Shown in pieces: positions 38,180 through 52,418 of a DNA stretch of 64,000 nucleotides. The stretch comes from Eledone cirrhosa. Taxonomy: Eukaryota. The notes below the pieces were generated by a model. That model did not search any database. It was given only the letters and a program-made list of their open reading frames with translations, and had not been told where the DNA came from. Position 1 is the first letter of the stretch; every line of letters begins with the position of its first letter. The stretch covers positions 124,001 through 188,000 of the forward strand of contig OZ024743.1 in NCBI GenBank assembly GCA_964016885.1, given 5' to 3'. A program made the translations under genes and the position numbers.

Positions 38180-40186
38180 TGGCGAGCCCTAGCTTTCGAC
38201 AGCAAAGTTACAGGCACAAACAACACCTTCAACCTGAAATCGAGAGCCTACCCTCCTAAGGTAACCGAACTTGCTCCTTTCGAGACGGACCTTCTTGACT
38301 TAGTCGCTAACATTTACTTTCGCAAACACATTAACACCTTTCGAACGAAACTCAGAAACGATATTAAGAAATTTAGGTCTTCTAATAACACCTTCGTCCT
38401 TTCTGACAAAACTAATAATATTTAAGAAGTCGGCAACACCACTTTCCGCCACCTGGCCCATAACGCTATTACTTCTAAATATAAGAAAGCTAACCCTATG
38501 GCCTATCACGACATTTATACAGAAGCCAAGGAACTCGCCACCGACCTTAAGGTAGATAAGAAGCTACAATCTCTAGCTAAGCGGGAGGCGTTCCTCACCC
38601 TGAAAGATCACAAGGTAGACTTTACTTCTAACCCCACATGTAGACTAATAAACCCGGCACGCACAGATATGGGACTAGTCAGTAAGGCCATACTTAGAAA
38701 CATAGTTAAGACCATTAGGACCAAGTCCAACCTGCCCCAGTGGGAGAACAGCGACTCCGTAATTAAGTGGTTTAACTCCTTAAAATCCAAAAAAGCGAAG
38801 TTCACACAGTTTGACATTGTCGAGTTTTACTTGTCGATCTCAGAGACCCTGTTAAACAAAGCGTTGGACTTCGCTACCACTTATACCACCGTCGATGGTT
38901 TAGACAGGGAAATCATCGCTCACTGCCGGAAAACCCTCCTCTTCAACGACGGAGTAGCCTGGGCAAAGAAGTCTACATCTTCATACCTGTTCGACGTCTC
39001 CATGGGATCGTTTGACAGTGCTGACGTATGTGACTTGGTTGGCCTTTTTATCTTAGACATATTACGTGTTAGATTCCCGGACTTCCACACGGGAATATAC
39101 CGCGACGATGGACTGACTTTATCGAGCCATAAAAGTGGTCACGACCTCGACCGGTTTAAAAAAGACTTAGCTTCTACCTTCAATGAGTTAGGCCTTAGGA
39201 TAACAGTAGCCACCAACCTCTCTAGCGTAGATTTCTTAGACATTAATTTAGACCTTCGCACATACACCCACAGACCCTTCCATAAGCTAAACGAGAAACT
39301 CAATTACATTCACAAGGACTCATGCCACCCTGCCACTGTTTTTAGAAACTTCGTTAAGAATATCAGTACTAGAATCTCAAACCTCTCCTCTAATAAGGCT
39401 ATCTTTGACAGGGCGGCACCCTACTATAACACAGCGTTGGCTAACAGCGGCTTCTCACAACCTATCACCTACTCCCCCACTAGCAACAGCACCATTAAGA
39501 AAAGTATGCTCATCAATAGACAAACTATCTGGTTCTCTCCTCCCTTCTCACTCAACGATAAAACCAATGTAGGAAAAGAATTTCTAGCCCTCTTAGCTAG
39601 ACACTTCCCCATAGGTTATAAATACCGCTCCATCTTTAACCGACACAAAGTTAAACTAGGATACTCCTGCGCTAAGAACATGAAGGCCCACATCACCAGC
39701 AGCCCTAGGAGCAACACCCCACCAGGGTGCTCTTGCCGTAAGCCTGAAGCTTTCCCCCTTCAACAACAATGCAACACACCAGCTGTAATCTATGAAGCTG
39801 TGATCCCTTCGAACCGACCAAACGAACCACAGGAGTTCAAATCCTATGTGAGCATGGCGGAGGGCCGATTCAAGGAGCGTTTCCTGAACCACCACTCTAC
39901 CTTCAGATACCCGGACAGACGTTCATCCACGAAACTCGCGAGCCACGTATGGTCCCTCAAGGACTCAAGTATAGGGTACTCCATTCAATGGAAAGCCATC
40001 ACTAAGTCCAAGCCATACGCCAGGGGAAATCCGACGAGTGGTTTATGTATTGACGAACGAATAACTATCCTAAAGAGATTACGCAATAGTGATTGCCTAA
40101 ACACGAGAGTGAATTTTTCACACGTTGTCCACACGTCAGCAAACATCTATTGCATATCTACAAGGTTCCGGACTGATTCTTTGTAA
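38180..40186 (+). pseudogene. PLE reverse transcriptase / GIY-YIG endonuclease polyprotein (disrupted)
   Basis: Motifs LKDHK..CRLINP, FDIVEFY, MGSFDSADVCDLVG, YRDDG, FLDINL, WFSPPFS, CSCR..PL..C..VIY..YV..FKER..H. The frame extends upstream to 38180 through a TAA at 38423. A frameshift near 40106 restores SEFFTRCPH. Confidence 0.92.
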
Positions 40187-40344
40187 TTTTATTTAAAATT
40201 TTTTAATTTTATTTTCAACCAAAAAACTTTCCGGAATTTCGCAGTTATCTCCCTTACACCCCCGCACGCAGTCTAGTATTGATGTGTGAAGTGACCGAGT
40301 TTCTGCGCATGCGCGATTGTACGGTTGCCCTTCCTGTTCCTATA

Positions 40345-40402
40345 ACCATACACATCCCGAGCTGAAGATCCGCGAAGGTGAAACAATTGTTCTCGGTATG
40401 GT
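40345..40402 (+). ncRNA. Minimal type-I hammerhead of the PLE 3' pLTR
   Basis: accata..ccgag-CTGAAGA-tccgcgaaggt-GAAAC-aatt-GTT-ctcgg-tatggt. Confidence 0.8.
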
Positions 40403-40423
40403 GAACTAACTGTTGTGTAACCA

Positions 40424-40480
<57 letters not shown>

Positions 40481-40484
<4 letters not shown>

Positions 40485-41200
40485 AGATTTGAATGGATAC
40501 AGTTTAGTTGAAAGGAATTTATTGACACGTGTTTCTATAACAGTTACATAACCTAAAACAGCTATCTACAAACTTTTAGTTATGCAGACATTCAATATTT
40601 CAATGTTATTATTTACTGTCATTTCATCAGAATAATATTACTGAGGACCTATTTAGTTTTTATAGAGAATATTAGGAGGGAGGGGTGAAGTTGTTAGAAG
40701 AATAGTTGAAGGAGTGGTTTTTCGATAGCAGTGAGAATTCTTGGTGGCAGTGAGTAATTAGATTCCCATCTGTTGTTTTGACATTTTTTATAGAATATAT
40801 TATTGGTTATTTTTCTAAATCTATAGAAGGATTAGAGATAGTAAAGATATGCGTGGTTGGTTTTGTGTTTGCACTTAATTAACATTCAGACTTAAATTTT
40901 TCTTTCAAGTGTACGTATCCTTTCACCCACGCATTCACACACAAATATATTTGCACACCTCTACAAAATACATATACTCACAATTCACATATTCATACTT
41001 ACATATATATACACATGCATACACATATATATACACACATGTATTCATGTACATACATACGCGCTCATGTGTATACATTTTCGTACTCAACTTATCTTTA
41101 TATACACACGTATAGACACACACATATATACATACATACTCTAGTCCATGTGTACACACATACACATACATACACATCCATATACACATATATACATACA

Positions 41201-41268
<68 letters not shown>

Positions 41269-42737
41269 CACATATATACATATACACACATATACTCATA
41301 TATATATATATAAGCACTTTAATACATGAATACACTTACATCTAACTATACACATCAAACATATATATATAGTTACTTATTTATATACATTTTCACATAT
41401 ATATACATACTTATGGACGTTTTTAGACACATTCATTATCGCATATTTGTACCTATTCTCATCAGCATATCTTTTCATTATTAGTATGGTAATTTAAGGT
41501 TATTAATATATGTTGAGAAGAGATTGTTTTTATATTTTTCTAACTAGATTAAGGTTTATATAGTTGGGGGATGTCCCTCTTTTATGTAATATTCGGCTTG
41601 TAGTGGGAAAAAAGGGTTTTAGTTCTGTGACGGCAGAATAATGTTCGTTCAATTCTGTTATTCAGCAGTTTCTTCTTGTGTGTGATTATGTAATAAATCT
41701 CAAGATTACACAATTTGCAGAAATTTTGGCTCCTGGAAAAGCTTTGGGTTTTAGCTAATTTTTCCCATTTTAGGGTAAACTTTTGATTGCTATCCCTGAG
41801 CGTCCAAGCTTTTTCTGCTAAAGTTGTTACATTTCTTTGGCTCTGGTGTTTTATTGAGTAAGAATGCCTATACAATCGAGATTTAAACGATGTTGCCGTT
41901 GATCCCACGTAATACCACTCGTTGCCTCCGGATTTAATGGTACACTTATAAATAATATTTTTTTCCAGGCAGTTATTGCCGAGGGGGCAGTTGTCAGGAT
42001 AGGTGCAGTTACAGTTGTGTACGTTGGGTTTTCTCTGGAGTGGTATTGCGGACGAACTTAGGTGTGGTTTATTTATGTTCTGTAGTGTATTGTCTACTGT
42101 TTTTTTTTGTGTTCTTTGTACTTAAGTTCTTAGTGTTTTCGTTTAACCTTCTAGTATTGATCTTTTTTATGTGTTGTTCAAGGTTTAACGCTGTAGAGTA
42201 TGACAGTCTTATAGTGGTAGGGTTTAGGATTTTGTGGTATTTGTGTGATGTGGGAAAATGTCTTTTAATTATTTTAAAGAAGAGTACTGGTAAATTTGTA
42301 CTAATGGAGCTATTGTATTCGGAGTTATACCATAAGTACTCTTTGCATCGCTTTCTATTAGTTTTGTTTGTTGGTTTACTGGTGTGCATACTATGGTAGT
42401 AAGTGTGGTTTGGTGTTGTGTTATTATATCTACCTATGTGGGATTTATTTTGGGTGTTTTGATTGTTCCCATCTATGTACTCTATTTTGTTGAGGTAGCC
42501 TGCTTTACTAAGGGCGTTATCGTAGTACTCGGCGTGTTCCTTAAATACTTGTATGTTAGAAGATAGACCCGAGATTCTAAGGGAAATATTTTTAGGGATA
42601 GATTTAATTATAGAGATGGGGTGGTTAGACCCAACATTTACGTATTTGAGATTTTCATTCAATTTATGAAACGGTTTAATCAAACCAGAGTTTAAATTGA
42701 GTGTGACATCCAGGAAGTTAACTACTTTAAGGTTGTA

Positions 42738-42741
<4 letters not shown>
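40481..42741 (-). mobile_element. Second Naiad-type PLE, 5'-truncated, tail-to-tail with the first
   Basis: NFLDVTLNL..KPFHKLNE..SNHP; CNC..NCPLGNNCLEKNIIYKC..YYVGST..FKSR..H..CKLCNLE..LNNR..CRH over 41582-42740, frameshifted. (TA)n at both ends. Confidence 0.9.
40519..40635 (-). ncRNA. Hammerhead with long stem II
   Basis: Reverse complement ttatt-CTGATGA-aatgacag...ctgttata-GAAAC-acgt-GTC-aataa. Confidence 0.75.
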
Positions 42742-42771
<30 letters not shown>

Positions 42772-42864
42772 TATAGACGCACCGGTACAGCAAATAACTT
42801 TTTCGTTAAATAAATGAAAATTCCTTCCTTATTTTCATAATCAAAACACCCCACTTCCAAATAA

Positions 42865-43081
42865 AGATTTCTAGTATAGGCACAAGGCCAGTAATTTGGG
42901 GAGGGGGAAAGTCGATTAACTCGACCCGCAGTACATTACTGGTGCTTTATTTTATCGACCCCGTAAGGACGAAAGGCAAAGCTAACCTCGGCGGGACTTG
43001 AACCCAGATCATAAAGGAGCATAACTCTATGCTGCAAGACATGGTGTCAGACGCTCTACCGATACTGCCAATCCACCACCC
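42865..43081 (-). mobile_element. Full-length SINE (long form) with 15-bp TSD
   Basis: TSD cccacttccaaataa at 42850-42864 and 43083-43097. Confidence 0.92.
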
Positions 43082-43783
43082 TCCCACTTCCAAATAATAA
43101 GCATGAAAAGCACACTCTAACGTCAAAAATTAACACTATGAAAAGACATATACATCCATCGCTACCATATGAAGCAATAAGCTGAAAGAAATTTGTTCTA
43201 ATTATGTGTTTGCTGTTTACAGCTGGCTGAACAAAGACATTTTAGAGTTAATAACCTTAGTTTAAAGCGTAAAGCAGTACCTTTGATAAGGTAGGAAATC
43301 AGTGGCCTGTCACCTTGTTGTTACAGTATCTCAGTCATTCGAGCATCTGCGTACATAAAGGAAATACTTCATGCTGATTAAAGTTTTTTATCTCAGTTTT
43401 ATTTTTTAAAAATAAAGTATAATCAAAATAACTAGTCTATTACTTTCAACAAATAAAGCACTTTTGTCATATCATATTCCAAACAAAATTATATGGAACA
43501 CCATGCAAGCAAGAATATTCGATATTCTTTTATTTCTTATTCTTTTAATTGTTTCAGGCATTTTAGACAGCGGCCATACCGTTATACGACCTTCATTTAG
43601 GTGCTTTTTAAGTCTGGAACTTATTTTATCGATTTTTGTTTTTCATATCGCTAAGTTAGGATCATAAACACAGACATACACAAACATAAACATAAACACA
43701 GACATACACAAACATAAACATAAACACAAACATACACAAACATAAACATAGACACGGACATACATAAATGTATATGCACATAC

Positions 43784-43893
<110 letters not shown>

Positions 43894-44497
43894 TAACGAC
43901 TTTTTTCCGTTCAGGGGTTTTTATGCCCGATTTGTTGTGATGGATAGAATACCTTGTGGAATTTATTCTGACTCTCTGCGTCCTGTGTAGAACTCAGAGA
44001 GTGGCCAGCTTCAATTTTCATTCCCGTTTTGTATCTATTCTTTCTTGCTCTCTCAGAATTGGCTATGTTGTGAGAGGGTCGGGTAATGCCACACTCAGGC
44101 TCTGTGATGTCAGAAAAAAGAGGAAACTCTGCTGATATAAGTAAAAAATTTCCAAAGCTCCGTGAAGAGCTAATCACACTTGAAAAATGGATGGGTGGTA
44201 GCAGATGACGAAAATGTGAATGAGATTATCTGAAGAAGTTTCGGCTTATTTTAACCGGTAAAGCGACGACGAAGAGGCACCTTCAGAGGCTTATTCCTTT
44301 ATTATCCGTTTCACTGCTAACAGGGAATTCACCTAATAATCTATAGAGATTTACACTCGCACAATACATTAATTGTTCCTAAAATATTATATTGGGTGAG
44401 CATGTGTTTAATTTAGAACTTAACATTTGGTATTTCGTTTATCCATTTTTTTCAAAATTTTGGTGTTAACATCTTATTTTCGTATGTCATTATTTAT

Positions 44498-44857
44498 GGC
44501 GGTGGATTGGCAGTATCGGTAGAGGGTCGGACGCCATGCTTTGCAGCAAAGAGTTACGGCCCTTTATGATCTGAGTTCAAATCCCGCCGAGGTTAACTTT
44601 GCCTTTCATCCTTACGGGGTCGATAAAATAAATTACTGGGTAATTGCTGGCCTTGTGCCAAAAGTAGAAACAATTATTGAGGGTGGATTGGCAGTATCGG
44701 TAGACCGTCAGAATCATGCTTTTCAGTATAGAGTTATGGCCCTTTACGTTCAAATCCCGCCTAGGTTAACTTTTTCTTTCATACTTATGGGTTCGTTAAA
44801 ATAAAGCACCAGTAATACACTGGAGTAATTGCTGGCCTTGTGCCAAAAGTAGAAACA
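44498..44857 (+). mobile_element. Head-to-tail SINE dimer
   Basis: Copies at 44498-44677 and 44679-44857; outer direct repeat cattattta at 44488-44496 and 44856-44864. Confidence 0.88.
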
Positions 44858-45643
44858 TTATTTAACCTGTTTCTTCATATAATAATAGTAGATTGTAAAC
44901 ACATTTTATGTAGGTGTCAATGTGACACTATGTATGTACGTACATACATACATACGTACGTACGTACGTATGTATGTATGTACGTACATACATACATACG
45001 TACGTACGTATGTATGTATGCATTTTAATCTTGGCTCTGCTACAAACACTAACCCTGTGATCAAATACCTGTCAAAAACAAACATTCTATGTAAAGGTAA
45101 ATAAAATATTTTTTGTAATGTCAATAAAATATATATTTTCTACTAATTTGTATTGAGTACTCATTTATAACTGTCCTTACTTATAGTAAGAATTGTATGT
45201 ATGTATGTAAGCTGGGGATACTGCAGAAGAAGTATAGGGACAAAGGTTTCGCCCCCTGAAAAATTTTAGTTTAAAAAATATCAAAACACAACAACAATAA
45301 CAAGAGTAACATAGAATCCCCACAATGCTCCCTCATTGTTAATTCATTTAAATTCTATGACGCACTTCTTGAACATGGAGAGAGGCTTTCTCCAACTGCA
45401 GCCTGATGAGCTTACTGACAGGCCGAGGTTTCGTTGTCTGATATGCTGAAGACCGTAAGCTGTTGCACCATTGGCCGTTTTCCAATTAGTCTGTCGTTCC
45501 TAGTCTTCTAAGCACACCTTGCTCAATGTTTTTTACTGTAACTCTTTCTATATTCTCTGCACTAAGATGAATGGAGGTGGAGACCTCTCATTGACTGGTT
45601 TGCGCTGTTATCTTTAGCCACTATATACGCATATACATGTATA

Positions 45644-45817
45644 TAGACCTGCTAGCCTCTAAAAACCCGATTGGGGTCTACCATGAAAAGCATTGCCCCA
45701 AAATGGGGTGATTTTACATAATAAAAGCTATACTCATTTTCACAAAAACGTGGAGACGGGGAAAAATAAGCCAAAACGGGGAGATCACTCCATCGGACGA
45801 GAGAGTTGACAAGTCTG
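45644..45817. mobile_element. MITE copy 2
   Basis: TIRs agacctgctagcctct / agagttgacaagtctg; flanking direct repeat atgtata. Confidence 0.65.
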
Positions 45818-46088
45818 ATGTATACACAAAACAGTCCCATGCTAAATTTTTGGGGGACTTATGAAATCTCTATGCACATACCAAGAACCTAACATTCTAA
45901 TAATAAGTAATCTTAATTCATTTAAATTCAGAAGTTGCTTCCTTTAGTTTTCCTGAGTAGAATGATTTTTTTCCTTCTCACTATGTGTTTGATCTTAACT
46001 ATTTAAGTGTTTTAGTCCACTACATTGTCAGTAAGATGCTGGATGTTTTTTTTTATGAAACATTGTCATATATATATATGAAACATTG

Positions 46089-46139
<51 letters not shown>

Positions 46140-46701
46140 TATATATGAGTGTGTGTGTATGTGTGTGTGTATATATGTGTGTGTGTATTCATTAAAATAA
46201 TCCTTTCTTTCCTTATTGTCGTTCTTTTCCTCCTTCTTTGTTTGTTTGATTCTTTGATTCTTTTTTTCTTTCAGACCAAAGATCTGAAGAAATGGCACGG
46301 TATGTTCTACCAACTAACCGTTGTAACACTTGCTGAAATATACTACAGTCAATCTGCCTCGTTTCTTTCACCCTTATGTTTTTTATACAAACAGACATCT
46401 CCTGTAGTTTTGCGTTTGCGCGATTCTTTGCCAACTTGTCTTCTATGGAAGAACTAGCTGTTGTTCTTTACTCAATCAAATTAACATCGTGTCAAGCTTT
46501 CCATAATCTCGTATTTGGCATTCGACACCATTATTATTATTAATAGTATTATTATTATTGTTGTTGTTGTTGCTGGTGTTGTTATGCTGGGATATCTCAA
46601 GCTGTCTATGTACAGATACCACCCAGGGAATACACAACTGTTATGCATGTCACTTCAAAGAAAAACGAACTTATTCGTAGTTTTATTTGGTTATTTGTTA
46701 T

Positions 46702-46732
<31 letters not shown>

Positions 46733-47204
46733 AGTGGTGGTGGTGGTGGTGGTGGTGGTAGTGTTAAATTTTGGTATTTGTAAAAAGTAAAATAAGTATT
46801 TGCTAATGTTCAAAATATTTTATTTACACATTATTTCTTTCTACCTTTTTACTTTTTAAAACAGTTAAAAAACAATTTTTAAGTATATTATCTAAGTAAA
46901 GAATTTATAAATCATATATCTTTTCAGTGCATAAATTAACTTAGATTTTGCTCGAAGTGGACCGTAACAAAACTTACATGGGATCTATGAAGTAACTGGT
47001 GTGTCCTCTATCAGATGATTTATCCTGGATATTGACTGATATATAAACAGTCTAACTGTGAGAGCATACATAGTTCTAATTGTACTGAAGCTAACGAGGT
47101 CCAACTAGATCAGAATCACGATCCTACCCTTATAACGAACGGTATGTTCTCTGTTGGAGTTATAACTCCAAAATTATTTTAGAGAAAAGCTAGAAATACT
47201 TTCT

Positions 47205-47249
<45 letters not shown>

Positions 47250-47967
47250 GTACACATTTGTGTACTATTTTATCTTTTAGTGATTCTAAACAGTAGGAGA
47301 AAACCATACGAGGGTACTGCCAACGATACTGCTGCGGCCTTCATCGTATCTTTGGTATTTGGCGAATAAAATATTGATGATGTTTCTTTCATGTTTCCCT
47401 TGCTGTGTTGTATACTCATCGGATATCTTACACTGTAGAATGTCCATTTGTTTTTTTAATTTGTTGACACCTATCCCATGCAGATTCCTGAAAGTTTGTG
47501 GGAGGATATATAACAGCTGCCATCCTTTAAACCCTGTAGCTGTTGTAGTATCTAACCATATCTCTGGAGGAATGGTGCAGAACCATTAGTAATATTCCGT
47601 AGCGTCATATTCCAGTATTTTCACAGTTTTCTATGCTAAAGTTTGGCGCCAATCCACCCACGATGTTCCAGTTATATATTTCTGCTGCACATATTTATTG
47701 TTTTACTCCAGAGAGTAGTGGTTTAAATCTTTCAATCTCTCTCAATAGATAAACCTCTGCATATAGGCAATTCTCATTGTATAAGGCTGTAGAATTGCTC
47801 CTTGTTCAGTAGAGAGCTTGGCACCATGAGGGAAACCATAGTTAGTAGCATTAATCGAGACGAATGCGAATTAGTAAATGTTCTCAGAGTTTATTTTGCA
47901 AGAGGCCTGCATATTGTAGCTATCTTAATAATAGGTATATGAAACGGTGTATCATTATTCAGTTTAA

Positions 47968-48153
47968 AGGGCGGTGAATGTGCAGTATCGGTAGAGGGTC
48001 GGATGCCATGCTTTCCAGCATAGTTACGTCCCTTTACGATCTGAGTTCAAATCCCGCCGAGGTTAACTTTGCCTTTCATCCTTACGGGGTCGATAAAATA
48101 AAGTACCAGTAATGCACTGGGTAATTGCTGGCCTTGTGCCTAAAGTAGAAACA
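47968..48153 (+). mobile_element. Full-length SINE with 13-bp TSD
   Basis: TSD attattcagttta at 47954-47966 and 48154-48166. Confidence 0.92.
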
Positions 48154-48649
48154 ATTATTCAGTTTAGATCGAAGATTTCATACAGAATCATACAATTGGA
48201 TTGCAATGTATTCTGACTTGTTTATACAGATTGCACGGGTACTGACAGTCGATAGAGAAGAGTTTAAAAGTTTATTGTATTAAATTACATGTTATATTAA
48301 TCACCCCGTCTGTTTTAGTATTAAGGCCCTTCTGTAAGTTTTTGAAATCACCAGAACACTTGATCACTTTCGATATTCTTGAATTATGAACATAGCTAGT
48401 GAGAGTATTAACCTATATATTTTTTGAAAGTGTAACGGTGGCTGTAACCGCTTGTTTTCTGTACTTTAGCATTCTTACAGTTTCCTAGCGACTCTCAGGC
48501 TGCTCTCGGACTGCCCAACACGGGTATTGAGAAAGGAAAATTGTCTCAAGTAATATTATTCAAAACGACAATGTCTTATTCTTTGAATAGTCTTCTACTC
48601 CAAACGCAATCGACTCCAATATTTATCGTCCAAGTGTATTCCTCACCAT

Positions 48650-49830
48650 GAATGATTATTTAAAATGTTTACGCGACCATATATAAACAAAACACAAAGA
48701 AGGCAATATTTCAGCTGTCGTTAGAGTAATTGTCGAGAATGACTCCGACAATACGAGACCGCCTGCTGAAAATCTCTCTGTGACACGTTACGTCTGTCTA
48801 CACAGTGGTCTATTTTTCATACGGGTAATCAAGCATGCTCCTAACCATATCATCTTCCATCGGCGTCAAACAAAGAAGTCAGATAAGGATTATTTTCTTT
48901 GAACTTAGCTTTAATGACATCGCATGCAGCATCAGATCTCATTTCAATGTTTGGTACTCAGACAATGTTACAATGGACAGACGTGGTGGCACTATCTGCT
49001 ACGATTTCCATTCCTGACTTGATGAGAATTAGACTCAAGTCAAATCGTCCAAATATGAATCTATAAATGTCAACTTTGACACAAACAGTTTCGACGGCCT
49101 CATCACCAAGATTCCCTGCAACAACACAAATTTTATCACAAAGCTATTTTCGACATCTGAATATGAGAAGGTCATATCTTGCGGACAATTTATCAGTTCA
49201 ATTCAAATGGGACACGATTTAGTGCCATTAAGTATCGAATAGCCTCGTACATTTATTTGACCAGCATAGACTGGTATGTTTCAGATCAAGAGTAGCGTGC
49301 TCCGACTCCCAGCCCAAGAGAGAGCACATGGTAGAGTGCTAAAATATCGATGTCGACTGGATTTCAGATGGATAATGATTGCCTTCGAATCGGCGTTTTA
49401 TTCAGGCTGTTACAAAATTAGTGGACATTTCTGAACTCCACCTGTTGTCAATCGTCCTCAGCCCCGGTCGTTTCCTTCCGTCTACTGCTCTCAATAGCAA
49501 CATCAAACATAGAAAATGATGCAGGTGGAGTTAAGCAGGGAGAATTGCAAGAGATGGAGGCCTCACTATCTTCCCTTTCCAAGGCGAAAACTCTCTAATT
49601 TTGGATCAACTTTTATTATAGCCACATGAAATCAATGTCAGACTCTGGCTTCCTCACCTAACAGGTCAATGATCGCAAGCTGACAAATTACGTGTTGCTT
49701 TCTTTTGAACCTATTGCTGTGGAAACGTCCATCGTTTTATGTCCTCGAGCCATCTCACTACTCTATCAAATCTGGGAGCAAAAGATAACCATCCGTAAGA
49801 ATGAGCCTCACAAAGTATAATGGCTCTTTC
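48650..49830 (+). pseudogene. Ancient CRE-clade non-LTR retrotransposon relic (RT plus RLE)
   Basis: ISSSIGVKQ...IRSHFNVWYSDN (cf. GVQQGDP/WYLDD), GFQMDNDCLRIGV, GRF..TALN..IK, GLTIFPFQGENSLILD, FEPIAVET, all in the expected order. Confidence 0.7.
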
Positions 49831-51820
49831 TGCAGATTTCCGCCGTTTATCGACGTCACATATTCGATATTTTGTCCACAGGGACTACAAAACATCTTAC
49901 CCAGTTATTTTCTACAAAGTATGGCTAGTAAATTCTATTATTATTTTGATAATCACACAGACGTATATAGATCCAGTAAAATATAAATACAATACGCACA
50001 CACGTTTAAAATCAAATTACATATTATTTGGCAAAGAACTGAATACATATAGTGGAGTTAAATATTTATTTTTGAAATAAAATGTTGACAGTTTCGTTTC
50101 CCCAAAACGCTGAAATCACTTATTTTGTGACATATCCCACGAAGGACTTCGTCGAAATATTTGCAAGGATATTATAAGTATATCCCATCGATATTTAACT
50201 GATTGGTTAAATGCTTTAATACCTTGTTGTTATGCTGCTATATCTGTGGGAGGTAACTTCTTTCTAAATGTAAATCGGTTTGGTATCATTTAGCATATAA
50301 AAGAATGCAATAGATTTCTCTTTGGTATTTGTTTCGCTGACTTTGCCCATATACAAAGTCAGGTTAATAATATTTAGCATTTGTTTCGTGTATATATACC
50401 GTCTTTCAACCTTTTAGGAGACTACCGCACCCAAGGAAACTTTATTGTCGTTCACCCTGAATCTTTTTGCGCGTTATTAGAGAAAATTTTGTTGAGGTCA
50501 GACTCATTTTATTCAAGGTAAATACTATATCTTGCATATCAATGTAATTGCTAGTTATCACTTCCCTATAGATGGATACAGTATTGAAGTATTCCTATGT
50601 CTCAGTTATGTGTACACTAGTGGGATAGTGAACCCATTGTTGAATTCAATATTTCAGAATGAGTATTGAAATTTCAAAGAAGTAACCCATTTTATAATGC
50701 AGCGAGATTATTTTTTTTGAAAACCAGCCAAACATTTTAAAGAATGCCTTTATATCTTCTACAGTGTTAGTTTCCTTTTATTTCTCCGATATTTTTGATA
50801 GAGTATTTTATCTTATTTTCATTTTCTATAAGTGACTTCTCAATGTTAATTTAAGCTATTTGGGATATCTTTTCTTCGTCTCCAGAGACCTTTTTCTTTC
50901 ACTGGGAATTATGTTTTGTGAAAAGTAACCTTCCATTCCAGAACATATGTACTGCATATAGCTTGCGTTGCTGAAATAAACAACTTCAGTTTCATGTCAT
51001 TATGTTGTGGTGTGTGCGTGCTAGTACAGCTTGAAGTACCTTTCTTAATTAATTTCCAGTTAGCCGGAAGGAGCTGTGTTATATTTCTTCTGAACCAAAC
51101 ATGCTTATTTTATTATTTTATAGATGGAAAAGGTCATGGAAGTAACTGTCAAATGGTAGTTGTGTTGTACATTATTTATGAAAGAGAGATCAAGTGTATA
51201 ATTGCTTTTGATTGAATAGAAGATAGTTTATTCCACGAAGAACAAGTTAGAGAAGGTCAAGCGAAATTGTGCTTGTCTACAATTATTCTATTACCACCTT
51301 GAGAGAAGGTATCCCATTGCTCTCTGAGATTATCAAGTTTGAAGCAACTCAAAAGAAACACATGTACATTAATCAAATATCGTAAATAGTTCCATTTTTT
51401 AAGCAATCCTGAAGTTTATGGCCGTGATTTTGGTGGAGGATATGTTGTATACCATACAATCATAGTTGAGCTGTTTTATATCAAATGAATCATTTATCTA
51501 ATATTATTAGTGTTACAACCGAGTTTCAGATTAAATATAAATTTACATGACAATTTCATCACGACCTCTTTCTTTCCTGTCAGAAAAGAAGATAAACATA
51601 CTTGATATATTTCTAGACTTGATATGTTTATAGATAAGATGCATCTCCATAAGGGACATGCACTTCCTTTGATTGCAGGTGGCATAGGTTTTTAAGTAGA
51701 GAATTGGTTTGTTGTTATGCAGTTATAAAAGATGTTTGCTGTTTGGTAATATAATTGATGTTACATTAGAAGGGAGGGTATATATGGTGAACTACATGGA
51801 CTTATCATTTGTAGAGGTCT

Positions 51821-51854
<34 letters not shown>

Positions 51855-52004
51855 TGTATGTATGTACGTACGTATGTATGTATGTATGTATGTATGTATG
51901 TATGTATGTATGTATGTATGTATGTATGTATGTATGTATGTATGTACGTACGTACGTACGTACGTATGTATGTATGGTGTGTGTGTATGTATGCTTATAT
52001 TGAG

Positions 52005-52418
52005 ATGTAACACCTGATGGAGTCGTGGGTGTCATCATGACACTTTAAACCTGGAGGAGCTGATCCATTTCCGGGTTTGAAGACAGTCGATTACTTCTAG
52101 GGAAGGAGTGAGAGAGGGCGAGCGAGAGGGAGAATGAGAGAGAGAGTGAGAGAGAGAGAGAGAAAGAGAAAGAGAGAGGGAGAGAGAGAGGAGGATAGAG
52201 TGAGAGAGAAAGAGAGAGAGGGGCGGGGGGGGGGGAGAGAAAGGGGAAGTGAGAAAAAAATCGATCCTAATATTGTGCTGCTATTTTCTTTATCGACCTC
52301 AAAAGAAGGAAAGGCAATGTTGATCTTGGCGGGATTTGAACTCAGAGCGAGGAAAGCCAGACCGAATACGACGAAGCATTCTGTCTGATGTTCCAAGGAA
52401 TCTTCTAATTCGTCGCTT
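52005..52418 (-). mobile_element. SINE, older subfamily with extended tail
   Basis: gaaaggcaatgttgatcttggcgggatttgaactcagagcg; homologous to 14965-15295. Confidence 0.7.

Larger units (their letters stand above)
38180..40427 (+). mobile_element. Penelope-like retroelement (Naiad type), near full-length, in (TA)n
   Basis: RT plus C-terminal GIY-YIG ORF, 3' hammerhead, (TA)n on both sides. Confidence 0.92.

Noticed and set aside
47280-47900. Faint PLE-like motifs on the minus strand (VWFSP)
   Set aside because: Too degraded to support without an HMM search.
50200-51760. Possible very old PLE RT relic on the minus strand
   Set aside because: Only vague motif resemblance (NDTKPIYI); not supportable by eye.
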